Shown: positions 48,347 through 60,971, counted from the first letter of the whole stretch. The stretch is DNA of 63,125 bases, filler included, from Reclinomonas americana ATCC 50394 (GCA_048213135.1; 17 parts of 17 records of this genome joined end to end with filler, not necessarily neighbours in it), one strand, 5' to 3'. Numbers and translations: made by a program. Notes: generated from the letters alone by a model not told the origin.

Positions 48347-51300
48347 TCATGACTCCCGCATGGCCGACGCGCCCTGCGCCTCCGCACGCTGCCGCAGCGA
48401 CTGAATGAACGTGAAGAGGAAGCGTGCGAGCCCGTCGAGTCCATGCTGCCGCAGGTGCTCGGCCAGCGCGGTGCGTGAGTCGCGGCGGTCCTGCGCATCA
48501 ACACAATCAGCTGTTGAAGGGAGATAGGCACAAGAACACAGAGGAGCTGCTCATAACCACAAAAAACCCGTCTAAGACGAGCACTCGCACAGCCAAGAAC
48601 ATTAACCAACAGTTTGACACGCGCATGTACAGCTGACGACAAACAAGAGAGAGACAACAAACACGTTCGCCCTCCGCCGCTCTTGTGCGCACCAAATAGC
48701 AAGCTCGCGAACGGCTACACACCCAACCAAAGATACTTACAGCACGGCACTATACCAAGAGGAGCAGAATTCTGATACTCTCCGACGACACAAACACACA
48801 AAAATTGTCGTCCACACAAAGCAGCGCACACACCCAACCCTGGAGACCGAAAACTCGACAGTCTTTCCACGGAAGCAGAGTAACTTAACCAGAAACAGAG
48901 AACTGACACGCTCGCATCCCTTGCCCTCTGCGTACCCAACAAAGTACCCGCGAAACAAACACACGCACGCGCGCACCAGCTCAAAAACAGACAGCTAGGC
49001 ACTTCCTTCCCATGCAAGCATAGCCATGAACAACATGAAAAACTCTGGCACACACTATCCCCTCGCCACACACACGAAGCTAGTATTGCCGTCCACACAT
49101 ACATAGACACACCAACTCAACCCCAGATACCAACAGTTTGACACTGCCTTCCCAAAACCCCGGCACCCTCGCCCCCGTGCACCAAACACAGATACAAAAG
49201 TGAATACCAACAGCACATGGCGTTTCTCCACCTCTCCTTTCCCTTTCCCTTCCTCCCCCCTTCCCCCTCCTCCTTCCCCTTCCCCCCTCTCCCCCTCCCA
49301 CACACTCACCAACAACTGCGTCACCGGCACTCCACACCTCTCGCTCAGTTCGCGCACCAGACCCGCGAGTGCCGGCGCCATCGCCGCACTAAACAACGTA
49401 TCCGCCGGTGCCGCGTCTGCCGGCAGCGTAACCTCCTGTGCACTCACGCAAAGCACATTCAGTCCCCTTACCCACCACCCTCATCGAAATCACCCGCTCT
49501 CACCTCGCCCACCCTGCCCGCCACCTCGGCAAACATCGACGGATGACCGGTGGCGGCCACCGACGACGCCTCGCGGAACGGTCGAGTGCGCCACAGCGCG
49601 TTGGAGAAGTCGAGAATGACACTGTTGAGCACGCTCATCAAGTCGGTGCCACGATCGGCGGCACTGTGCAGCACGGGTGCGGCGCCGCTGTTCACCGACT
49701 CGAATTCGTTCTTCAGGCTGTACACGCGCGCATGAGAAGATCGATAAACGGAAGAAGGTTGAAGAGGCAGCGCAACTTGGCCACAATGCCACCCATGCGA
49801 GAGAGACCAGCGGCGGTGGGTGACAGCAGGCAGCGGTGCATTAGCGCCACAGGTGGGATGCGCATCATGGGCAGGTGGTGTTGTTGTGACATCATGCTCA
49901 CCTGGGAGAGAGGGACATGACTCAAGGCCCGCAACTTCTCCTTTCCCACACCAAGACTCACCATCTCATGATGATGCAACAGCGCATCCTCTAGCACAAG
50001 TGCATCCTGATGCGCCTCCATGCCCACCATCGCCACACGGTCGATCCACGCCACCATCTCCGAAATCACCATGCAGTAGTCCACGGCCACAGAAATGCCG
50101 GCGAAACGGTACGGCCCGTTCCACACAATCTTTTCGGCATTGCTGACCTTGCCTACATTGTCAGACCAAGTGGGTCGTCACACGAGACGTCAAGGGAACG
50201 GAGGAGACGCACGCACCAGAAGCGGCGAGGGCCTCGACAAACTCTTGGAAATCGCTCCAGTCAATGTGCAACCAGCGGCGAACCAACGAGCGCAGCGTGT
50301 GCAGCACAGCGGCCTGTGCCAAATACAAGTGAGACAACGGGACGAAGTGGCCCAGCACCCGTCCAAGACCGCACCTTCTTCTCCGCCGACAGCATGAAAA
50401 ACACGGACCGCAGTGGGTCGAGAACCTTGGCGTGCACATCCTCAAACGCCGCCGGTCGGAGCAACGAAACCAGGGCGAGAATGGCGGAGAAATGCGAATG
50501 GCCGCTCCACGATTGCGAGAGGAAGCGGAAGAGGAAGCGCTCGACGCTGGGGACGAGCTCCTGTGAACCGGGAGGTGAGAAGGAGAGAAGGGAGAGAGAG
50601 AGAGGAAGCGAGAGAGAAAGACCTGGAAAAACTGGACAAAAGCGCACGGTGCTGTCGAGCAGTGAAGCCGCCTCGCGCTGCTCCATTCGCCCTTCGGTAA
50701 GCTGCTCCAGCAGGCCACCAAGTGTGTCGTCCAGGCGGATGGCAAAGGTCTCTGATGGAGGGGCGCGGAGTGAGCAACAAGGGGGAAGGAGAAGGGGAAG
50801 GAGGAAGGGAAGGCGGTAGGAGAAGGGGGAAGGAACAGGGGAAGGAACGGGGGGNNNNNNNNNNNNNNNNNNNNNNNNNNNNNNNNNNNNNNNNNNNNTT
50901 AATTAATTAANNNNNNNNNNNNNNNNNNNNNNNNNNNNNNNNNNNNNNNNNNNNGAAGGAACAGGGGGAAGGAACAGGGGGAAGGAACAGGGGGAAGGTA
51001 ACGGGAAGGGAAAGGGGGAAGAAACAGGGGGAAGGAACAGAGGGAAGGAACAGGGGGAAGGAACAGGGGGAAGGGGAGGAGAAGTAGGGAAGGGGGAAGG
51101 CGAAGGGCAAAGGTGAGGAGGTACCGAGAGAAAGGGAAGAATGCGAAGGAAAGAAGTGGGAGGAGAAGGGGGAAGGAAAAGGGGGCAGGGGAGTCGTTTC
51201 TCGTTCCCCAACTCTCTTCTCCTCTCCCTTCTCCCTCTTCCTTGACCTGGACTCGTCAGCGACAGCAAGTGCATCTGCATCCGGTTGCTCAGGTGCTCCG

Positions 51301-52368
51301 CCATGCTGTTCGGCACCTCGGTGTGCGCCAGGTTCTCCACCAGCGCGCGCACATCGGAGACCTCAAGAATCGAGGTGTAGTGCGAGGCTTGCCCCTGCGC
51401 GCCACCCAAGTTAGTTCCGGACGCAAGAGGAACATCTGTGCCTCCCGAAGTGGACGCACTCGGCTCGACTGAAACTGTACTTGCGGGAGGAGGGTGGCCG
51501 GGGACGGCGCCAACACCCGTCGTCGCTTGTTCGGCGAGGCGCCGGGCACCGCTGCGGATGGAGTGGTGGTAGTCATCGTCGTCGTCGTAGTGGCAACCGC
51601 CGTGCTAGGTGGTTGTGGTCTGCTGACACGGAGGGCAAGTCGGCGTGACCAGGCGGCGTCAAAGTTCTGGTGCCGAGAAGTGAGTAGAGTAGAGGAATAG
51701 GAAGAGGGAGTGCGACAGAGGAGCGAAACTGCCAGCTGCGCGTCGGTCGCCGGCTTGGTGAGTGGCATGGTCACCGAGGGATCAAAAGTGCGGAATGCGG
51801 CCAGCAGTCGGGAAGCCACGGCGTCACGGGTGCTGCAGCAAATGTCTTGCCTGAGGAGGGGGATGTGAGGGGCGAGAAAGAGAGGGATTGCGCAACGCGA
51901 AGCACACACACACGCAACAAGTGTTGCACGCGCTGTCGCGTGACCGACGCACGCGTGGTGATGGGCAGCAGCACGCGGCACACAAACGGACTGCGCAGCT
52001 GTGTGTGAGACATCGGCAAGCGCAACAACAACAGAGTTGCTCACCGCAGCGCCTCCGCATCCACCAGTTGGAACAGGAGGCCGTACATGCCGCGCAGTGC
52101 CGCGCGCGTCTCCTCTGACATGACGGGCGACACGGCGCACAGCCATTTGAGGGCGATTACTTGTGCACGGTGGCCCTTGCCGCGGGAAGCGTGGCTGGGG
52201 GAGACATGAGGGAAAGAGAGGGGAAGAGAGGGAGGGAGGGGGGTGACGCAACGCCAGCGATGAAAGGCGACCGGCCACCAGCAGCACGGTTTCACGTTGT
52301 ACGGCGTCGGCGGGCACCGTGGCGCGCAGAATGTCTTCGAATTTGGTGAGCAGGTCTTTTTGCTGGTG
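48347..52368 (-). CDS. CENPI: Centromere protein I (Mis6/Ctf3 family), 5' partial, multi-exon
   Basis: ALKWL...YGLLFQLV...LR; LVENLAHTEVPNSMAEHL; FLFRFLSQSWSG....ILALVSLL...VLDPLRSVF; LPMMRIPP..LMHRCLLS....LSRMGGIV; LNSVILDFSNALWRTRPF; HLRQHGLDGLARFLFTFIQSL. Order and character match remembered CENP-I motifs. Confidence 0.8.
50826..51070. repeat. 12-bp minisatellite (GGGGGAAGGAACA-like) flanking a gap in a CENP-I intron
   Basis: Direct tandem copies on both sides of the linker. Confidence 0.75.
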
Positions 52369-52760
52369 CTGCGGCGAAGGGGGAGGGAAGGGGGAAGGGA
52401 ATGGGTGAAGGGAATGGGGGAGAGGATGAGGGAGAGGGTGGGGGAAGGGAATGGGGGAGAGGATGGAGGAGAGTATGGGGGAAGAGAAGGGGGAAGGAGA
52501 AAGGGGAAGAGGACAAGGGAGAGGGTGGGGGAGAGAAGGGGGGAGAGAAGGGGGGAGAGAAGGGGGGATAGTAAGGGGGGAGAGAAGGGGGAAGAGAAGG
52601 GAGAGCAAGCGGGGGAGGTGAAGGGGGAGANNNNNNNNNNNNNNNNNNNNNNNNNNNNNNNNNNNNNNNNNNNNTTAATTAATTAANNNNNNNNNNNNNN
52701 NNNNNNNNNNNNNNNNNNNNNNNNNNNNNNACGACACACAACACACGCGCGTCGCGGCGT

Positions 52761-52794
<34 letters not shown>

Positions 52795-52948
52795 GTGCAG
52801 GCAAGAAGAAGATCGCTCGATTGTGACAGCGTGTCGTGATCGATGCAGAAAAAAGGAGAGTGAGTGTGAGAAAAAAAGTAGAATGTACAGCATGAAACTT
52901 TATTGCAGTGCAAGCACTGGTCTGTCACCAACAGGTCTTGCGGATGAA

Positions 52949-53050
52949 GCTCCAAGAGCGAACACACACACACACAAGAAACCTGCTGCTGCCTTCAAGA
53001 CTGGTGTTTGTGTTGATGTTCTGGAATCATCATGGTTGGACTTGATCTTG
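52949..53050. repeat. Dispersed ~100-bp repeat, copy 1 (copy 2 at 60766-60871)
   Basis: GCTCC.AGAGCGAAC(AC)nAAG.AACCTGCTGCTGCCT.CAAGA.TGGTGT.TGTGTTGATGTT is shared by both sites. Confidence 0.85.
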
Positions 53051-53472
53051 ATCATCAGCTGTTCTGGTTGTTGGTGAATGAATTGTTGTTACGCCTCCTG
53101 ACCATGCACACGCAAACAGTGATCAGATGAGTGGCAGCCAGTGAGCACCATCAGGCCACACATACTACACATGTGCGATCACCAACTATTGACAATGAAG
53201 TTCCTTCTGAGACACAAACAAACAAACGTACATGACGAGTTGATATCGATCGATGTCTCGTCATCACAGCGTGCATGCTGCTTGCGTTTATGGTGCGAGC
53301 ATATGACCACCCAAGGCGACCACCGATGGTGTGGACACAAGGTTGCATGCGTTGTCAGCAGTTCATTCATGATATCGGAATCATTACATCAATACCGGCA
53401 GCGAATGACAGAGAAAGCATGGCACCGTCATAAAGAATCACTGCTAAAAGAAGAGAGATGCGCTGACGCTGT

Positions 53473-54295
53473 TCAGGCAGAGATGCCGCACGACGTCCAC
53501 GCGATGCGTCCAGTGGCCGGTCCGAACACGCCCATCCACCTGCGCACAATCACTCTCATCAGACACTCTTTGTCTACGTGCACAGCACACTGCAAGTACA
53601 CCCACCAGTTGAACGTGGCTTGGTCAAGCGTGTCCGAGCGAGCCTCCGATCCGAAGCACTGTTCACCGTCATGAGGGAAGAGAAACGCAATGCGAACAAT
53701 CGAACACCACAAACGAAACGTTGTGAGTGTGCTCGTGCGCCATCAGTGCTGCGATGCATGCACGGCGGTTCTTGCGTGTGTTGGTGGCATCACCGCCAGC
53801 TGCGCTCGAAGCCGCAGACTGCATACCGATCATCAACGATGAGTGAGACTCTGCACCACACCGCACGCGAGCTGCATGCAACCACACTTCCGCTCACCTG
53901 CACAGAGTCGAGCCAGCCCTCGTCGATGTAGCAGGTGCTGAATCCCGGGTACGACAGGCCAGCGACGCCAGGCGACAGCGTGGTGCACACGGTATCACCA
54001 GAACTGCAAGCGCAACACAGTTGAGCACAAACAAAAAATGCGCAGCAGCTGCATTCTTGTTGCGTCCGTCACGCAACGTGGAGAACTTGTCGTGCAGGCA
54101 CGAGTGAACGTCGAGGCCAGTGGCACGCTCGACTGTGGACTCGTAGTCGCTCCACCGATCGGCGATGTTGAAATAGATGGCGGAGATGTCGGTGTCGAAC
54201 GGCGCCTCGCAGCTGGTGATGGTGTGCGTCGCCGAGGCGAGTTGCACAATGGCACAGAGGGCGAGAGCAACGAGAATGAGGTTGCGGTGGATCAT
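53473..54295 (-). CDS. Small secreted HExxH zinc-metallopeptidase-like protein, copy 1 (~180 aa, 5 exons)
   Basis: Exons 54295-54078, 54003-53898, 53818-53720, 53658-53606 and 53539-53473 total 543 nt; signal MIHRNLILVALALCAIVQLASA; ACIAALMAHEHTHN|CFGSE. Confidence 0.75.
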
Positions 54296-55369
54296 GTTGA
54301 GAGGGGTGTGGTGTGTTTTGTTGTGGGACTGAGAGTTGTTGTTGCCTTGGCTCACAGGGGAGAGAGAGAAGAGGAAGTTGAATACAGCGGCTCATCGCTC
54401 CAATTTTTATCATGAAATGATCAACCGCGCGAGATGGCAGGAACAGCGGTTGCGCGCAAGCTGCGGTTGACCAATGCATGCTGCGCCGTCTTGTCGTAGT
54501 AGAGGGGATCGTAGGGCACACCCCACATCACTCTTGAGTGAGGCAACAAAAGGTGTTGCAGAAGGGAGAAGCCAAAATGTCAACCAATTCGGGTGTTTTC
54601 GATATTCCGATCGTTGCGAACGCAAGGTGTGCATGATGCTCCGTCGCTCCACCGCCAACACTCGCCACCGGAATATGTGTCAGAGTGGATGGAGTGTAGG
54701 AGAGCGAAGCAGCCTGGCTGTGAGAGTGAGTTGTCTGGGTGGTTTCGGCGGGTAGGTGTGTCCGGATGTGTATTCTTGCACTTCAAAATCGTCGGAAATC
54801 GCTCGGCATGCACGACTCGACGAGGAGACGGCTCAGTCATGCAACAGGCAGTTACTTTCGGAATTGGGAGGGTGGGAGCGCGATCGCTGCACTGCAGGGA
54901 GTGATGCGCACACATGCATGCAGCTCACAAGAAAAGCCGCGCGCGTGCATCTGCGCATCTGCGCAGCGATTATCATTGTTAGCGAAACGCCAGCGTCTTG
55001 AGAGCTTGCTGTGAGTCCAGCACATCATACTGAGAAGCAATGTGCATCATCCTCTGAGTGGAGCACAGACAGCGTTTGTGTGTGTGCATAACTGAGAGTG
55101 ATCATGATCTGCTGTTTTGTTCGCAATCAGCAGCTGCTAACCACTCCTGACCGTGTATGTCGTGTGACATATGACCGCCCAAGGCGACCACCGATGGTGC
55201 GTGTCGGTGGACGTGGACACAAGGTTGCATGCTTGTCATCAGTTCATTCGTGATCATGATATCGGAATCATTACATCAATACCGGCAGCGAATGACTGAG
55301 AATTCGAAAGCATGGCACCGTCATAAAGAATCACTGCTAAAAGAAGAGAGAAGTGCCCGCTGACGCTGT

Positions 55370-56199
55370 TCAGGCAGAGATGCCGCACGACGTCCACGCG
55401 ATGCGTCCAGTGGCTGGTCCGAACACGCCCATCCACCTGCACACACGCACAATCACTCTCATCAGACACTCTTTGTCCGTGCACAGCACCGTGAGCACAC
55501 ACACACCAGTTGAACGTGGCCTGGTCAAGCGTGTCCGCGCGGGTCTCCGATCCGAAGCACTGTTCACCGTCATGAGGGAAGAGAAACGCAATGCGAACAA
55601 TCGAACACCACAAACGAAACGTTGTGAGTGTGCTCGTGCGCCATCAGTGCTGCGATGCATGCACGGCGGTTCTTGCGTGTGTTGGTGGCATCGCCGCCAG
55701 CTGCGCTCGAAGCCGCAGACTGCATACCGATCATCAACGATGAGTGAGACTCTGCACCACACCGCACGCGAGCTGCATGCAACCACACTTCCGCTCACCT
55801 GCACAGAGTCGAGCCAGCCCTCGTCGATGTAGCATGTGCTGAATCCGAGGTACGACAGGCCAGCGACGCCAGGCGACAGCGTGGTGCACACGGTATCACC
55901 AGAACTGCAAGCAGCGCAACACAGTTGAGCGCAAATAAAAAATGCGCAGCAGCTGCATTCTTGTTGCGTCCGTCACGCAACGTGGAGAACTTGTCGTGCA
56001 GGCACGAGTGAACATTGAGGCCAGTGGCACGCTCGACTGTGGACTCGTAGTCGCTCCACCGATCGGCGATGTTGAAGTAGATGGCGGAGATGTCGGTGTC
56101 GAACGGCGCCTCGCAGCTGGTGATGGTATGCGTCGCCGAAGCGAGTTGCACAATGGCACAGAGGGTGAGAGCAACGAGAATGAGGTTGCGGTGGATCAT
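55370..56199 (-). CDS. Small secreted HExxH zinc-metallopeptidase-like protein, copy 2
   Basis: Near-identical paralogue ~1.9 kb away with the same exon structure and an intact AHEHTH. Confidence 0.75.
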
Positions 56200-57676
56200 G
56201 CTGAGGAGGGTGTGGTGTGTTTTGTTGTGGGACTGAGAGTTGTTGTTGCCTTGGCTCACAGGAGAGAGAGAGAAGAGGGGGTTGAACACAGCGGCTGCTC
56301 ATCGCTCCAATTTTTATCATGAAATGATCAACCGCGCGAGATGGCAGGAACAGCGGTTGCGCGCAACCTGCAGTTGACCAATGCATGCTGCGCCGTCTTG
56401 TCGTAGTGAGCGGGATCGCAGGGCACACCCCACATCACTTGAGAGTGAGGCAACAAAAGGTGTTGCAGGAGGGAGAAGCAAAATGTCAACCAATTCGGGT
56501 GTTTTCGATATTCCGATCGTTGCGAACGCACGGTGTGCATGATGCTCCGTCGCTCCACCGACAGCACTCGCCGCCGGAATATGTGTCAGAGTAGATGAAG
56601 CGTGGGAGAGCGAACAGCCTGGCTGTGAGAGTGAGTTGTCTGGGTGGTTTCGCTGGTAGGTGTGTCCGGATGTGTATTCTTGCACTTCAAAATCGTCGGA
56701 AATCGCTCGGCATGCACGACTCGACGAGGAGACGGCTCAGTCATGCAACAGGCAGTTAGTTCGGAATTGGCAAGGTGGGAGCACGATCGCTGCACTACAG
56801 GGAGTGATGCGCACGCATGCATGCAGCTCGCACGGAACGCAGCATTTGCATTCGTGCCTGATCTCAATCGCGTGAACTCAGCGATCGATCAACGTGATCG
56901 CCTTTGCAGCGGAGTGCGAGCGCGCTTTCTTTGAAGGTCCTCGGAGTGGAGCACCGAGGGCGAGTGCACCAGCGATCAGAGGCCGCGTGGTCAGTGATAT
57001 CGATTGCGATCGATCGATATCAATCATGATCATGCGCATATGGATCACTGCCTCCTTCCTGGGCCGGTGGATGCCACCTCACCCCCTCCCCAGCCATCAG
57101 CGATAGCAGTACTTGCTGCGTCCTCTGCGCCATGTATCGGAGAGGGTGCCAGGGATGAGGAGAGCCTCTGTTGGAAGTCTCGATATCGCGATCACGGCCT
57201 TGTTCGGCCACATCACTACAGCTCGTGCCACTGAAGCCTACCTCATTGTTCTTATTGCTCTCACTCCCCTCAGCAGCGAACCCTCTTCGCTGAGAGCTCG
57301 TGGCCAACAACTTCGAATTCGACGTCGACGACTTCGCGCTGGATGCCACGACCACCGACAACGCTCTCCTCACCAGCACTCAGTACGTACTCACCACACA
57401 GCACCACCACCACCCCGTCACTTCACTCGCCACACGGCAAATAAGTGGTGCTGCGACGTTGTGTCCGGTTCCACTCGTCGCGCGCCCTCATATTCGACCC
57501 ACCTCTCTCGAGCTCTCTCGTCNNNNNNNNNNNNNNNNNNNNNNNNNNNNNNNNNNNNNNNNNNNNTTAATTAATTAANNNNNNNNNNNNNNNNNNNNNN
57601 NNNNNNNNNNNNNNNNNNNNNNATGCTTCATCTTCTTGCCCTCTCCCTCTCATCTCACTCACTGTCCTCCCTCCAG

Positions 57677-59709
57677 CGCCTCATGCTCAACTGGAACCGA
57701 CTCTCCGAGTTCCCGCTGGCTGTGATCACTGTGGAGACATTGGAGGAGCTTGAGTTGGGCTTCAATCAGCTGGAGCGCATTCCAGCCGAGATTGCTCGGT
57801 GCGTCTTCTTCATCTTCATCTTTCTTCTCTTTTTTCTCACCGCGCGCGCACAGCATGACCAACCTGCGAGTGCTCATTCTCAACGACAATCGCATTCACT
57901 CGCTGCCGCCGGAACTGGGTCAGCTCACACTGTTGCGCGAGCTGGCACTGGATTACAACAAACTCTCTGTGTTGCCATCACAAGTGCGTTCCTCTTCTTC
58001 TGCTGTCTCTCTCCTCAAGCTACCGTGGGGACTCACGCGCTGACCTCCACGTGCAGCTCACCGAGTGCCTTTGTTTGCGCGCTCTACGACTGATCGGTAA
58101 CACCGACTTGGTGTATCCGCCAGTGTCGGTGACCGTGGGCACCTCTCCGCAAGAGATTTTGGCTTGGATGCGACAACATCCGCCCCAGTCGCGTTCTCCA
58201 GGCCCTGCCGCTGGCGGTGGAGCAGCGAGTGGCAGCGGTGGTGGCGGCAGCAGCAGCAGCGCATCGGCGGCCACTGGCCGTCGGCGAGAGCCCGCAGTGT
58301 TCTTGAGCGAGTTTCAACCGCGCTCCCGCATCGGTCAGCAACTCATGGCAGCACATCGATCACCGCCTCGTGCGCGTCCGGGTGCTCTCGGAAGGCACTC
58401 GCCTGGTGAGTGTTTGATGCACCGCGCCGCCCCTTTCCTCGCCAGTCTCTCTCATGGTGTTGTGTGTCAGAAATGACCATGATGACTGATGCGGCTTCGG
58501 GTGGTGGTGTTGGCGACGACGACGACATTGACGCACCGGTCGTGAGAAGACCACGGACCAGTGCGGAAGGCGGCAGCGCCGATCGCCCATGGATGCCTGC
58601 CATGTCGAGGCAAGTAGCGCGCTTGCAGTCGTTCCGTAGGGCGAGGTGAACTCATGTGTGGTTCGACGCAGTGACGAACTGGCCGGCGTTGTCGACGCCG
58701 GCAACGACGAGGACATGAGTGTGCGTCTGTCCGACTTGGCCGCGATGGAGCAGGCGTACAGTCCGGGTCAGTCGTCCTCGTCGGGGCCGTCGGCCTCCTC
58801 AGCGGCAGCCTCACCCAACATTCTCGGTGCACCCGTCAGTGCCTCGGTTGCACTGCAACGCATGCGAAGCATGCCGCTGTCGCAGGTCAGTCTCACCCTG
58901 TCTTCTTCTCTCTCTCTCTCTCTCTCTAAACTATGCTGTCTCACGTGCACTGTCAGTCGGAGCGTGCGCGTGAGAATTTGCACGGCAGCATTGTGCGCCT
59001 GCAGTCGCTGGCACAGGCCGCGCGTGCCCCCGACATTTCCGGCGCTGCAGCGTCGTCTCAACCGAGCAACATGAACGGAGCGGCTGTGCGCCTGCTGCGC
59101 ACTCAAACGATTGTGGTGTCGTCGCCGCAGGATGAGAGCGCGAGCGTACTGGCGCCCAGTGCATCTCACGCACTGCCTCCCATTCGTGCCGACTCGGCAG
59201 CAGAGGCCGCCGCCGNNNNNNNNNNNNNNNNNNNNNNNNNNNNNNNNNNNNNNNNNNNNTTAATTAATTAANNNNNNNNNNNNNNNNNNNNNNNNNNNNN
59301 NNNNNNNNNNNNNNNGGCCCAGCACCGACGCACGGTGGGGCGCCGCACGGCGGCGGTGTTTCGTCGTCGAATGCGTTGGTGAGCCGGCGATCTCCGACGT
59401 TGACCAAGGCCATGGCGGCGGCAGCAGCAGCCGTCGAAGAGGAAGAGTCGCAGTTTGACTGCGAAATACCTCGGCACTTTTTGTGTCCCATTACTTTCGG
59501 TGCGTGTGCTGGTGGAGAATACGCGGAGTAGCTGTACACTCACATGAGCTTCGCCGCCCGCAGATTTGATGAAGGACCCTGTTTTGGCGCCCGACGGGCA
59601 CACTTGTTGCGTTGGAGGGGGAAGGAGGAGGAAGAGAAAGGAAGAGGGAGAAGAGAAGGAGAAGGATGGGGGAAGGATGGGGAAGACAAGGGGAAGAGCG
59701 AGAGGCAGA

Positions 59710-59744
<35 letters not shown>

Positions 59745-60208
59745 AGGAGCAAGACATGTAAACAGAACAAGGAGAACACGAAGAAGAGAGAAAGCAAGGG
59801 GGAGGCAGTGAGGAGGAGGAGAAGAATGAGCGTCCATCTTCGTAATGCTGTATGTGGTAAAAGAACTCATGAAGCTTGCGTGCAGATGAACGGAAATCCA
59901 TCACACGCTGGTTCCGGCGGTCCAACAAATCGCCAGTGACTGGCGAGATGCTGCAGTCGACCGACGTTATGCCCAACTACACTGTGCGCAGCATGATTGC
60001 TGAGTTCAAAGATCAGCACTCGGTGGCCCGCCAGCGCAAGCTGCAGCGCGACAAGGTAACCGATGGCATGACTGCATCTTTGGTGTTCTTGCGTTTATAC
60101 TCATCCAAGAAAAACAATGCCACGCAGGAACTGGAAGGTGCTCGTGCAGCCACGGCCGCGGAGGCGGGCGCAGCGGGCGGTGATGCAGCATCGTCATCTT
60201 CGTCTTGA
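57677..60208 (+). CDS. LRR + U-box E3 ubiquitin ligase (5' partial, spans one gap)
   Basis: LRRs LMLNWNRLSEFP, LELGFNQLERIP, LILNDNRIHSLP, LALDYNKLSVLP and cap YPP...G..PQEILAWM; disordered linker; U-box IPRHFLCPITF|DLMKDPVLAPDGHT|YERKSITRWF...SPVTGEML....MPNYTVRSMI. Confidence 0.85.
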
Positions 60209-60765
60209 GTTTTTGTGTGTACTACATGTAAAAGTGGATGTTTGTTTCACTCCCAGGGTGCGGTTTGGATCCGGACATGATCGTCTCACTCACTGCGAAG
60301 CGTGCGAGTACACGGTGTGTGATTGTCGACGCTGTGTGGCACAGCGCCAACAGTTGGAGGGTCTGGCAAACCTCGACCTTGTTGCACATTGCACCAGCCT
60401 TCCCGTTTCGATTTTCTTGAATCTGTTTGCTGGAATCGTTGTTGGGCTAGTGGATCGCTGTGCAGCGCAACTGCTGAGCTCGTTCGCCTTGCGCTGTTCA
60501 TTGAATTCCCTGCAGGTTACATTCCTCGCTTTCGTACAAGCGCAGTTAACCGTGGTGTTTCTCTTCATCAACGACGGCGCCTCCACTTCACGGATCCGGA
60601 CCCGGCTTTGCTTTGTTTGCCTGGCTTATGGCCTTTTCCCGAATTCGATGTGCCGTGTACGATCGCAGAAAACGCTACTATGCGTCTTATGCAAGTGCGT
60701 CAAACCCACTGGTCAACCACGCTTATGCGGTGAAGATCGCAGTTCTCGACTTGTTCGGAGCGCTA

Positions 60766-60871
60766 GCTCCGAGAGCGAACACACACACACAAGGAACCTG
60801 CTGCTGCCTCAAGATTGGTGTCTGTGTTGATGTTTTGAATACGGTTGAACTTGGTCATCAAGACACCAGTT
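60766..60871. repeat. Dispersed ~100-bp repeat, copy 2, with an internal inverted repeat
   Basis: Matches 52949-53050; TGGTGTC(TGTG)TTGATG at 60816-60832 pairs with CATCAAGACACCA at 60856-60868. Confidence 0.8.
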
Positions 60872-60971
60872 NNNNNNNNNNNNNNNNNNNNNNNNNNNNN
60901 NNNNNNNNNNNNNNNTTAATTAATTAANNNNNNNNNNNNNNNNNNNNNNNNNNNNNNNNNNNNNNNNNNNN

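Larger units (their letters stand above)
53299..56830. repeat. ~1.9-kb tandem segmental duplication (~53299-54930 and ~55168-56830)
   Basis: Colinear high identity through the 3' flank, introns, CDS and ~600 bp upstream. Confidence 0.95.

Noticed and set aside
57020..57400. Possible mitochondrial-presequence ORF (minus strand) or an exon with in-frame TGA (plus strand, NPLR*ELVANNFEF)
   Set aside because: Frame and strand cannot be resolved; there is no ATG for the minus ORF and no evidence for recoding. It is probably a 5' exon region of the LRR/U-box gene.
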